Shown: positions 48,279 to 57,857 of the stretch, one piece after another
Position numbering within the stretch: position 1 is the stretch's first letter
How the letters are laid out: each line of letters opens with the position of its first letter
Source: a virus
Virus record (IMG/VR): IMGVR_UViG_3300042884_000193
Coordinates: 1 to 64,000 of that record
Strand: one strand, 5' to 3'
DNA length: 64,000 nt
Translations under genes and position numbers: made by a program
The notes under the pieces: model-generated
Seen by the model: the letters and a program-made list of their open reading frames with translations, nothing else
Told to the model about the DNA's origin: nothing
The model's database searches: none

Positions 48279-51200
48279 GTTTTCCTAGAGTTTGTCCATG
48301 CTGCTTCAAAGTAATTGTCTAGTGATTTATGATCTCTTGGTTTAGCAGTACCTCCTAATTTTTTAACAGAATTAGTTAACGTAGAAATTTCACCCTCAAG
48401 GTTATATAAGTTAAGTAACTCATCTGGTGTAAGATTTTCAAAACCTCTTCCAACAAGACTGGCAAATTCTTTTCGTGCAGCATCTAATCTTTTAGTAGCT
48501 TCAGCTCCTGTTAATTGTACAGCTGGTTTAGAAACTGCAGAATTTGATCTATACAGTGGGTGTTTTTCAGGTATGCGATCAAATGCATTAAAATGTTCTC
48601 TTAGTTTTTCAATAACCAGATCTGGATTTTGATATGATATTCCTTGTGCGGGTTTTGAAACATCATAAATATCTACAACATTTTTTGTATCATTGTATCT
48701 AAAGTTACCTCTAAGATTATCAACATCTAAGAAAAACCCCCTAGACATTAAATCTCGTGCATCTGCTTCTAATTTATTTAGGACTTCTTCTTTTGTGAGG
48801 TTTTGGAATTTTCCGGTTCTATTTAAATTTGGCATTATTTCAATAAGACCGCTGCCATCTTTATGTGCTCTTTTAACAACAGCTATATTATCACCTATAA
48901 CACCTTCAAAAGATTTTAGTAAATCGTCAACGTTATCTGTTTTAAATGTCTGACCTACTTTGATAACATGACCTGGATCATCAGCTAATTCAAAAACCAT
49001 ACCTTCAGCACCATTACCAAGACTTCTACCTAAAGGAGAGTTAGGTTGTATATTTTGTTCTTCTAACAAAGTTCTAAACTCTTTTGCTTGGTCTCTGCCT
49101 ATTCCCCAGGCATCAGAAAAATTGCTACGTGTATCAAAAGGACTACCTTTAATTTTAGCTCTTCCTATATCAGTTAAATCCTCAGCTAATTTATATTGCG
49201 CACTCCATCTATTATTATAGGCTTTCCAATAATCAGCAAATTGAGCAAGATCTATATCATCTGCTTTTCCACCAGTAAGAGTTACAAAGTTTTCAAGCAT
49301 TTTAGCTTCTGCATCAGCCTTTACTTTACCTATTAAAGGATCCCAATTTAATTTAGATGCATCTTTTATTTCTCTATACCCCATTAAAAAATTAGGTTTC
49401 GCTTTATAAGCAGTGTAATTTCTTTCAGAGTCTGCTAGGAATGCTTCTTTTCCTTTTCCTACTATTTTACTTTCTGCATTTGCAATATCAAATGCTAAAG
49501 GATTATATTTATAAATATTACTTACAAAATTATTTGTTGCATTCATTGCAGGTTTTGCAAGCTCATATCCTGCTTTTAATACAGGAGCTGCAAAAGGTGC
49601 TATTTCTAAAGCAGTTATTAAATTTTCAGCAAAAGCATTTGCATAATCAAGGGGATTACCCGTATCATTAGCATGTCGCCAAGGTTCGAGAGCTTGACCG
49701 CTTTGTATAGTTTTTAAACCATGTACTCCAAATCCGTAAGTTAAAGCATTACCTGCATTAAGCCAAGGAACAGCTTTTGGAGCTGCATTTAGAAGTTGTC
49801 TTCCACCAGCTACTGTAGCTTGAACAAGTGGTGATGATGCCGCTGCACCATATACCAATTCTCCAAGTCCTGCTAAGCCTGCTTCTCCAAGAGCAACAGG
49901 AGCCATTAATAAACTTTCAAAAATAGGAACACTTGGTAAACCTGCTGGATCATTAATAGGGGCACGTCTGAAGTTTTTTATATCTTTTTTTCTCTGTTCT
50001 TCTTCTACCTTTTCTTTATCAAACCTGCTTCTTCCTTCTTGTAGATCTATAATAGAAGCAAGTTCAGGGCTAATCTTTTTTTCTTCTATCTTCTCATACT
50101 CCGGTATTTGATCTGCAGGAATACCTTTAGCAATTCTTTGTTGACGAATTACATCAGGTACTCTAGCATAACCTTTCCTACCCCAATTAGATGCTTCATA
50201 TTCTTTTACTGAATTCCACCCCATAGCTTGAGCTCGCCTATTAAGTTCCATATTTTCAGCAACAGATTTACTAGAATCATAGCTAAAATCAAAGTCACCA
50301 CCTTCTTCTGCTTTAGGTAGCTCACCTCCTTCCTTTAGAGGTTTTATAATAAGATTGTTAAGACCATTTTCCTTACTGCTACCAATAACTTTAAAACCTT
50401 TAGGTATATTACCCATTATTTCTTTTTCTGAAATTGCACCACTATTAAGCCCTGTTTTAGGATTCCAGATAAAAGGTATTCTTTTATCACTATACGGCAT
50501 TCCGGCAAAGTTACTTCCTAAACCTTTGGTATATCTACTAGGGACAACAAGTCTTGTATTTCCAAAAGCGCTTAGGTCACCTGCTCCTGGAGTACCCACA
50601 CTCCAAGTTCTAATAGTTTTTTCGGTAGGAGTATTAAATACATCTCCTGCTTTTAGTCCTTCAAGTAATTTATTTTCTGCTGATCCACGTTCATAATAAC
50701 CAAGAATTCTAGAAATAGGGTAATCAGCTTTACTAAAATCAGTAGCGCCGGATCTTGTAAAGTCTTCCATTTGTGCCCATTCTTCAGGAGTTAATTTCAT
50801 ACCCTTACCAAATTTATCTAATAATCCAGCTTGAGCATCAGTATAAGTCTTTGGTATATAGCCTGAAGATTTAATTGGAAAATTAGGTCTTTCAACTTTC
50901 CATGCTGGAAAACCAAAATCTGTTAAACGAGAATTTCCTGTAGCAACTTTGTTATAAACTTTTCCTGCACTTTTAACTAAGGGTCCTGCAGTCATTCTTG
51001 CAGAGTTTATGGCCATTCCCAAAGGTTTTACGATAGGGGCCGCCTCCAGTGCCTCCGAGGCCATATTAATTAAACCTTCTTTAGTTGTCCATGACTCAGG
51101 TTGAAGTGCAGCATTAGACAATCTATAAGCAGCATTTGCATAAAAAAAAGGATTAGCATATTGAGTTACATCTGAAAAGGCATCTCCATCTTCCCTATAC

Positions 51201-52528
51201 CCATAGTTACCAAGATTACCTTGAGGAATATATCCATATTTCATTGCATGCCCAGCAGCTTCTATAGGATTACTTAAAGCATAATAAATTTGATTAACAG
51301 TTTCCTGGGCAGGAGTTGTTCTTTTAGCGGTGAGTGTATCATGTCTATTTAATTTTTCATATGCTTCACGTTCTTTTTCTGCTTTAATACGTGCCTCTTC
51401 TGCTCTCACCTCAGCTAAAATCTGCGGACCAGTTTTACCTTCCCATTCTAAAGGAGGTTTGAACGTATTAGCAGGCATAGTAGATTCTGCTACAGCAAAT
51501 CCTGATATTAAATCCTGATTCATCTTTTTTATATCAGCTTTTAAAGAAGATGAAGAAGTAGTAGTTTTTGATTTTGCTTTAGGAGGTAGTGTAGAATACC
51601 CAGGTATACCTTCCATTACTTGTTGATCCCAAGTTTGTTGTTTTGGTTGAGCTTTAATTATACCTATACCCGTTCCTTGTCCTTTAGTAAAGTGAGTTTT
51701 CTCTGGCTGCCATGCCCAACCTGATGCTTCATACTCACCAACAGAGTTATGACCAGCTGCTTCAGCTCTTCTATTAAGCTCAGCATTTTCTTTAGGGCTT
51801 TTTCTCCAATCGTAACTAGGTTTAAAATTAGGATTAGAAAATTGACCCTCAATTTGCATCCTATGTAAAGGACCACCTTGTTTTTTTCTTTCTACATAAC
51901 GCATTCTCTGTATCTCAGGATCAAATATTAAGTTTTGATTTTTACCGCCCCAGTTGCGATCATTACTTAACATAAAGTCCTTATACTCCATCCAACCTGT
52001 ATCGCCAGGTTTATTCTCTCCTGGAATATGTGACTTTAACCAAACACCTGTATTAGGGTTAGTGCTAAAACCATGATAATAACCATCACCAGGATCCGGT
52101 TGCCATTGAGGATAATTTGCTAAAGCCTCTTCAAAATTCTTAGGTTTACCTAAGGCATCCCACATGCCATAGTGATCATATTGTCTAGGATTTCCATATT
52201 GCCACTCAGCATCAGGTCTTCTATTCTCAGGTGCAGTTTCACTATATTTTAAAAACGCTTCATAATCATTAGGTAGTCCTTGTTGAGCTTGAGGTAACTT
52301 CTCTTCTATAACACCTACAGCTCCTGGAAATGTATAGCTAGGTACACCCGGTATCATGGTAATAGGATTACCATACATATCATTTGGATATACGGGTGTA
52401 GCCTTTACATGTTTTTTAACACCGGTCATTGTAAGGTTAGAACTTGGTACATATAGTTTATCCAAGTTCTTATCCTTGCTGTTTTCTTTGTAACCGGTTG
52501 TGCTAACCTTTAATTTCCGTGCTGCCAT
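48272..52528 (-). CDS. Polyvalent virion protein with an ADP-ribosyltransferase (R-S-E/VIP2-like) domain and a C-terminal protein kinase-like domain
   Basis: 1418 aa. ART: ISR..GDVF..RTWS..SEKEI..FKV (~50340-50800). Kinase: LGNGAEGMVF..VIKV..IMPNL..LDVDNLRGNF..DIYD (~48590-49040). Contains an internal 34 aa repeat. Confidence 0.7.
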   Translation of the reverse strand: MAARKLKVSTTGYKENSKDKNLDKLYVPSSNLTMTGVKKHVKATPVYPNDMYGNPITMIPGVPSYTFPGAVGVIEEKLPQAQQGLPNDYEAFLKYSETAPENRRPDAEWQYGNPRQYDHYGMWDALGKPKNFEEALANYPQWQPDPGDGYYHGFSTNPNTGVWLKSHIPGENKPGDTGWMEYKDFMLSNDRNWGGKNQNLIFDPEIQRMRYVERKKQGGPLHRMQIEGQFSNPNFKPSYDWRKSPKENAELNRRAEAAGHNSVGEYEASGWAWQPEKTHFTKGQGTGIGIIKAQPKQQTWDQQVMEGIPGYSTLPPKAKSKTTTSSSSLKADIKKMNQDLISGFAVAESTMPANTFKPPLEWEGKTGPQILAEVRAEEARIKAEKEREAYEKLNRHDTLTAKRTTPAQETVNQIYYALSNPIEAAGHAMKYGYIPQGNLGNYGYREDGDAFSDVTQYANPFFYANAAYRLSNAALQPESWTTKEGLINMASEALEAAPIVKPLGMAINSARMTAGPLVKSAGKVYNKVATGNSRLTDFGFPAWKVERPNFPIKSSGYIPKTYTDAQAGLLDKFGKGMKLTPEEWAQMEDFTRSGATDFSKADYPISRILGYYERGSAENKLLEGLKAGDVFNTPTEKTIRTWSVGTPGAGDLSAFGNTRLVVPSRYTKGLGSNFAGMPYSDKRIPFIWNPKTGLNSGAISEKEIMGNIPKGFKVIGSSKENGLNNLIIKPLKEGGELPKAEEGGDFDFSYDSSKSVAENMELNRRAQAMGWNSVKEYEASNWGRKGYARVPDVIRQQRIAKGIPADQIPEYEKIEEKKISPELASIIDLQEGRSRFDKEKVEEEQRKKDIKNFRRAPINDPAGLPSVPIFESLLMAPVALGEAGLAGLGELVYGAAASSPLVQATVAGGRQLLNAAPKAVPWLNAGNALTYGFGVHGLKTIQSGQALEPWRHANDTGNPLDYANAFAENLITALEIAPFAAPVLKAGYELAKPAMNATNNFVSNIYKYNPLAFDIANAESKIVGKGKEAFLADSERNYTAYKAKPNFLMGYREIKDASKLNWDPLIGKVKADAEAKMLENFVTLTGGKADDIDLAQFADYWKAYNNRWSAQYKLAEDLTDIGRAKIKGSPFDTRSNFSDAWGIGRDQAKEFRTLLEEQNIQPNSPLGRSLGNGAEGMVFELADDPGHVIKVGQTFKTDNVDDLLKSFEGVIGDNIAVVKRAHKDGSGLIEIMPNLNRTGKFQNLTKEEVLNKLEADARDLMSRGFFLDVDNLRGNFRYNDTKNVVDIYDVSKPAQGISYQNPDLVIEKLREHFNAFDRIPEKHPLYRSNSAVSKPAVQLTGAEATKRLDAARKEFASLVGRGFENLTPDELLNLYNLEGEISTLTNSVKKLGGTAKPRDHKSLDNYFEAAWTNSRKTN
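50183..50284 (-). repeat. 34 aa internal repeat, copy 2
   Basis: SYDSSKSVAENMELNRRAQAMGWNSVKEYEASNW. Confidence 0.85.
51716..51817 (-). repeat. 34 aa internal repeat, copy 1
   Basis: SYDWRKSPKENAELNRRAEAAGHNSVGEYEASGW. Confidence 0.85.
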
Positions 52529-55500
52529 TATCTAGGTGAGTAAAGAAGTTTATTGTTTGTAATTTTAAGAGTCATCAACATTTCCCTTGGTGCCTGCTTA
52601 ATCAACAATACGTGATTAGAGTAGTGACGGAATTTCTTCCTCTGTAAAGGAGGCTTTTGATAATTCATATTATTAGCATTCAAGGTTCTAATGTAGCCAT
52701 TTTCTTGAGTATCCCAAATAGGTTGTTGTACAAGTACTCCACCCACTTGATACTCACCACGATCATTAGTAATATCCCAGAATTGGTTGAATCTATATTT
52801 GTTCTCCTCTTTAGAGAATATGATATCTATACTATTAAAGTTAATAATAGGATAGCTAATCATTGCAAATGGATTATTCTTAGGCTTAATAAATAGGTTT
52901 AATAATCCAGATACCTGCTCCGTATTAAATACAACAGCCTGATCAAAGTTTCCATCTAGTATATGAAATTGGTCAATACCATTAGCTGCTACTTTATAAC
53001 ACTCTAGCATATATTCAAGGCTTCTTGTGGTATTTACTATCTGTCCTGTTTGAGCTATATACTCTACTTCAAATGAGTAGTCTAGACCATAGAAGTTACA
53101 ATATAAATCCCAGCGATAGTTATGTCTCCAAATATCTTTACCTTTAGTACTATAAAAGTCAATAGGTGCTGACATAGTTAAATCAGGATGCCAGTCGTGG
53201 AATGATACCCAATACTTTTGTTTAGGGTCATAGCTTACAGTCCAAGAGGCATCTTCAAAATACAAAGGATCACCTAGATAGATATTAGTACGTACAGGTT
53301 TTCCATTTATAATGGGGTAGAATATATTGTCACTTATATAGGTTATAGGATTAGGTGCATCTTCACGTAACTTATAATCCTTCTTACAGAAATATACAAC
53401 TTGGTCTTGGTTATCAAATATTGTTTGACAGCCGATACCTATTACTGGATTATCTGTTAAAGCAAATGTAGGGAAGTCTTGTAATAGACGGTAAGGTAAG
53501 TAATAAGCAAACCACCATTTCAGTCCAGCATTTGATATTTCCTCTAAGCCCTCACCGTATGCAAAGACTTTTCCTTGGCTCTGACTCATCCAATATAATC
53601 CAAATGGTGTTGTAGTTACTGACCATTTATTTTGACAAGCTCCATATTGGAATGCATTCTCTGTATTAGATATACTTTGAGGATCTGTAGAGAACAGACC
53701 TCCATCACCTAATATAATTTTAGTATTAAGCTCTGTTTGAAGAACATCCTGACCAGCATAAAGCAATGGACTAGCATCTTTAAATAACACAGCAAATCCT
53801 GTTTTGTTAACAGGCTTAATCATCAAAGGTCTGTTAGCGTAATCTACATAGTTCATTGCTAAGAAAATATTCCAAGTATCTTTTGGAGCATCATTTTTAA
53901 ATGGCAATGAGTATATAATCCTATTAGGCATATATGTAAAACATGATGCTGATACTGCTGGATTATAATACGGAAATTGCATTTGACCCCATGAGTTGAA
54001 ATTAGACATTAGATAACTTACTCCTAATGAATAATCATACTTATAGTAATTACCAAACTTGATAATCTGTGTATCAAACATTTGAGCTAAGTCTGTATAT
54101 GTATACTCATCGTAATGTCTGCGGGCTGGTTCATTATCCCAGTCGCGGCATGCTAGATTAATCTCAGACTCAACATAGAAATCTCTAACACTTGAATTAA
54201 ACAAATACATATATGCATCTTTTAATCCAAATACAAAGTTTGCAGCATTGAAACCAGAGCCAAATCCTCCCATATTTTCGGGATCAGCAGCATCATCAAT
54301 TGCAGCCTGATCTACTGTAATACTAGTAGTTGTTGTTGTTTGTGTAATGTACGGGGGACAACCATCGCAACCAGGTTGAAATCCTCCGGCTGTGTAAACA
54401 CCATTGTCCCAATAAGCAGGATTGGGAACTGTCTCAGTTGTTGTCGTTGATGATGTATTAGCAAGATCTGGTGATTCTATACCATTACCACCTTGAATTT
54501 CAGTAATTCCAGCAAATGGATTTCCTCCAACTCCCCTATCTAAGTGGTGTAAGTTACTAGGTATCTCCCATGCGTCAGGATGTATAAGATTTTGGAACAC
54601 AGATGATATAAAGCCAGAAACCTCAAACTCAGTAAAGTCAGCCCAATATCTAGGGAAACCTAACATATAATAATTAGCATAGTTAAACTCAGTGCCATCA
54701 GGTACATTATACAACCAGTCCCTAAAATAAAAGAAAGTATTCTTTTCGGTATAGCGTCCTACATAAGTATCGCCACCAAATAATACAGGACTTGTAAATC
54801 TAGTATTAGTATTTGTAAGGGGAATATTATTATTAACTATTATCTTACAAGGTATAGGTATTTGTCTAACTCCATTTAATTGCCCATATTGATTTACGAG
54901 TCTTACTTTAAGACCGGCATAAAAACATGATGCTGATGTCCCAAACTCTGGAAGAGGGCTATTATCATGATCCCAATCAGATGAAGAAACAGCAGAACCA
55001 AAATGACTACCAATAGTTTGTGCAGTATTGTCTAGTATATTAGGGTTATTTACTGCTGCTGTAACATGTAGAGCTACTGTCCTATGTCTGTTTAGATTAT
55101 TTATTTTATAGTAAGTTCCGTTATCTGTAAAGAAGTTTTGTACACTGGGATCTAAATACATAGACTTATCAATGTATCTTCTTGTATTGCCATAAATAGC
55201 GTTACCTGTCCAATGATGATGTAGGTTACCATGACTTAAATATCTCCAAGCATATTGACGATATTTAACTAAAGCTTTAATAAGATCTATAGCCACATTC
55301 ATACCTTGGCTAAAGTATTGAGCTGTTAATACAAGCCCTGTTGCAATACGTAAAAATTTAGGTAATGATTGCAGATCTGTATTTTCATTTTCTTTCTTAT
55401 ACCTATTTCCCTGATAACCAGCCACCTGTGCAACTTCGGAAGCCAAATAGGCAACTGCCATATTCATCGGGCTATCTAACTGAGGACCTCCTACTGATGC

Positions 55501-57855
55501 AGATGCTAAGTTTAAAAAAGAGCTACCTGCGATATTTAAAGGTATAACTGTACCACTTTGTAATGCTGCAATTAGTCCACTATTATAAGCATTTAAAGAA
55601 GCAGTGCCTTCTACAGATTCTTTTTTCTTACCTGCTATATGAACAACAATTGCTTCAGCGATACCCGTTAAACATGCTACAATAAATGCTAAGTCAGTAA
55701 GTAACTTATGTCTAGGATGTCCAGGAACAGGTCTAAACTTACCCCTTACATTATAACCAAACTCATCAGAATTTTGAGATATCTCTGTATAGATTTTAAG
55801 TTCTGTTGGGGATAAGTAAGGATTTCTAAAGTTAGTTTCTGGTGAGTGAAATGTAAAAAGATTTTGGCTATAAAATTTTATATCAGATGCTGATGTAGTT
55901 ACACCAGGCCCATAAAAATAAATTTCATTAGTATCATTAACACCCCCATTAGTTTCGTCATTAACAATAGCAGGATCTACATATAATGGATTAAAAGGAT
56001 AGTTTTGAAATAAACCAATTGTAGTAGGCTCACTTGAGCCATCTACATCACTAACATTTTGTAACTTATAAGTACGCATGTTATTAATGATACCTTTTGC
56101 AAGTACTGTTTTATTACCTACACGAGTACCTCTTAATATTTCATAGCCTACAATACTAGGTATTATGTTACCATAATTATCTACAGGTGGTTTTATATTA
56201 TCAAAAGTAACACCTAGCAATCTTATATATTGAGCTTTACCTAATGAGTCAGTTCTAACATGTGTGTAGCTATCATTTATCACACCGTTAGCTGGTCCGT
56301 TAAATGTGTTAAGTAAATCGGCTGGCATCTTATGGTGTCGTATCGGCTTACCACAAAGATCATAATCAAAACTATTAGTAGTTCCACCAATGTTTACTCC
56401 TGTATCAGGATCTGTATATGTAGCATTCCAGATATTGGGTTTATTATCTGGATAAATCTCAGATGATTCCCAGTAACCCATATCACCTTGAGCAATTACT
56501 ACACCTCCATCAGGTAGTGTATAGTTAGTTGGTGTAAAGGTTGCTGTATTATATACCTCCCATCTTTTAGGTATATAGGGCTCCATAGGATCCCCAGCTT
56601 CAATAGCATCAATATTATTTACAACAAAGTCTTGTCCTGTTGCAATATTATATTCTATAAAAGGCTTACGCGCGCGACCCGGTATATGATAAGATGAACT
56701 TGTCTCGCCCGTATCATACACCCACCTAATCCAAAAAGCATATTGCTCATCACGCATATATCCAACATTGGTTCCTGCTTTTTCATAGTAGGTATGTGGG
56801 TACTCGGTCATTACCCACTGTGTTGAAATCTGATTTGCTAAAGGTTGATAGTTGAAATCAAATCTTCCTGTAGGTGCAATTCTAAATAAATACTCAGAGC
56901 TTGCTGCCATTGTATCTGATTTCTCATAAGGAAAGTTTCTATATGGTATTAGGGCCAATGGTATAGAGGGTAAAGACTCCTCTAAATTATCTATTGACAC
57001 ATATTTTGTACGAGTACTATAAGTACCAAATCTTTTAGCTGAACTATTAGCAGCCACCATCCTAACTACAACAAGTTCAAACTCATCATAGTTATCTTGA
57101 TCTAAGTTACTAAAGGTAATATCTAAAGATCCTTGTAAGTTATCGTGATTAAATACAGCAACAACATTACTTGGAGAAAAATAATCAGTAGCCTTTACTC
57201 CATTTATAGTATATGCGATTACAACAAAGTAAGATCCATTAAGTAATGTCCCTCCAGTTGTTCCAATATCCATTGACATACAAGGTGAATGCGCATGTGA
57301 TATAAGTCTTATTGCATCACAGTCTAATTGATTTGTAGGTGTGCATATAATACAACTATCAATAGTAGTACAGTTTTGGATATACGGAACATTATCTACA
57401 TTTAAAGATCTATCAGGATTTAATCCGTCTGCCCAGTATAATTGCCAGCTGCAATCAAAATTAAGTTTAGCAGCTCCAGTAATAAGATTACTTTGACTAA
57501 AACTTAAGCAATCATCATTAACAACTTTTATATAAGCATCAGTATCTCCACATTTTGCAGTATCAAAAAGACCAACCTCAGAATGAATATTATCTGTAGA
57601 GAAAATACCCCAAGTGGTATCGTGCATATATACAGCACCAATAACAGTATAAGGAGCAGAAGCACATAACAAGGTAGCCTGCTCAGTACTCAAGGTACCT
57701 AACTGTCCCTCATTTGTATTGTTTACAGCATTACGCGCATGTGACCACGCCCCTTCGGGAAAGAACACTTCATCATAGTCTTTAGTAAGACCTTTATTAA
57801 ATGTACTTGTATTAACTTCTGATCCTGCATTTGAAGGGCCTTCTTTCTTTGCCAT
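52528..57855 (-). CDS. Tail stabilisation/muzzle protein (crAss-type, beta-propeller rich)
   Basis: 1775 aa; FNKGLTKD N-terminus; GYMRDEQYAF, FGGDTYV and WTVSY..WVSFHDW motifs; downstream of the ring proteins. Confidence 0.8.
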   Translation of the reverse strand: MAKKEGPSNAGSEVNTSTFNKGLTKDYDEVFFPEGAWSHARNAVNNTNEGQLGTLSTEQATLLCASAPYTVIGAVYMHDTTWGIFSTDNIHSEVGLFDTAKCGDTDAYIKVVNDDCLSFSQSNLITGAAKLNFDCSWQLYWADGLNPDRSLNVDNVPYIQNCTTIDSCIICTPTNQLDCDAIRLISHAHSPCMSMDIGTTGGTLLNGSYFVVIAYTINGVKATDYFSPSNVVAVFNHDNLQGSLDITFSNLDQDNYDEFELVVVRMVAANSSAKRFGTYSTRTKYVSIDNLEESLPSIPLALIPYRNFPYEKSDTMAASSEYLFRIAPTGRFDFNYQPLANQISTQWVMTEYPHTYYEKAGTNVGYMRDEQYAFWIRWVYDTGETSSSYHIPGRARKPFIEYNIATGQDFVVNNIDAIEAGDPMEPYIPKRWEVYNTATFTPTNYTLPDGGVVIAQGDMGYWESSEIYPDNKPNIWNATYTDPDTGVNIGGTTNSFDYDLCGKPIRHHKMPADLLNTFNGPANGVINDSYTHVRTDSLGKAQYIRLLGVTFDNIKPPVDNYGNIIPSIVGYEILRGTRVGNKTVLAKGIINNMRTYKLQNVSDVDGSSEPTTIGLFQNYPFNPLYVDPAIVNDETNGGVNDTNEIYFYGPGVTTSASDIKFYSQNLFTFHSPETNFRNPYLSPTELKIYTEISQNSDEFGYNVRGKFRPVPGHPRHKLLTDLAFIVACLTGIAEAIVVHIAGKKKESVEGTASLNAYNSGLIAALQSGTVIPLNIAGSSFLNLASASVGGPQLDSPMNMAVAYLASEVAQVAGYQGNRYKKENENTDLQSLPKFLRIATGLVLTAQYFSQGMNVAIDLIKALVKYRQYAWRYLSHGNLHHHWTGNAIYGNTRRYIDKSMYLDPSVQNFFTDNGTYYKINNLNRHRTVALHVTAAVNNPNILDNTAQTIGSHFGSAVSSSDWDHDNSPLPEFGTSASCFYAGLKVRLVNQYGQLNGVRQIPIPCKIIVNNNIPLTNTNTRFTSPVLFGGDTYVGRYTEKNTFFYFRDWLYNVPDGTEFNYANYYMLGFPRYWADFTEFEVSGFISSVFQNLIHPDAWEIPSNLHHLDRGVGGNPFAGITEIQGGNGIESPDLANTSSTTTTETVPNPAYWDNGVYTAGGFQPGCDGCPPYITQTTTTTSITVDQAAIDDAADPENMGGFGSGFNAANFVFGLKDAYMYLFNSSVRDFYVESEINLACRDWDNEPARRHYDEYTYTDLAQMFDTQIIKFGNYYKYDYSLGVSYLMSNFNSWGQMQFPYYNPAVSASCFTYMPNRIIYSLPFKNDAPKDTWNIFLAMNYVDYANRPLMIKPVNKTGFAVLFKDASPLLYAGQDVLQTELNTKIILGDGGLFSTDPQSISNTENAFQYGACQNKWSVTTTPFGLYWMSQSQGKVFAYGEGLEEISNAGLKWWFAYYLPYRLLQDFPTFALTDNPVIGIGCQTIFDNQDQVVYFCKKDYKLREDAPNPITYISDNIFYPIINGKPVRTNIYLGDPLYFEDASWTVSYDPKQKYWVSFHDWHPDLTMSAPIDFYSTKGKDIWRHNYRWDLYCNFYGLDYSFEVEYIAQTGQIVNTTRSLEYMLECYKVAANGIDQFHILDGNFDQAVVFNTEQVSGLLNLFIKPKNNPFAMISYPIINFNSIDIIFSKEENKYRFNQFWDITNDRGEYQVGGVLVQQPIWDTQENGYIRTLNANNMNYQKPPLQRKKFRHYSNHVLLIKQAPREMLMTLKITNNKLLYSPR

Positions 57856-57857
57856 AC

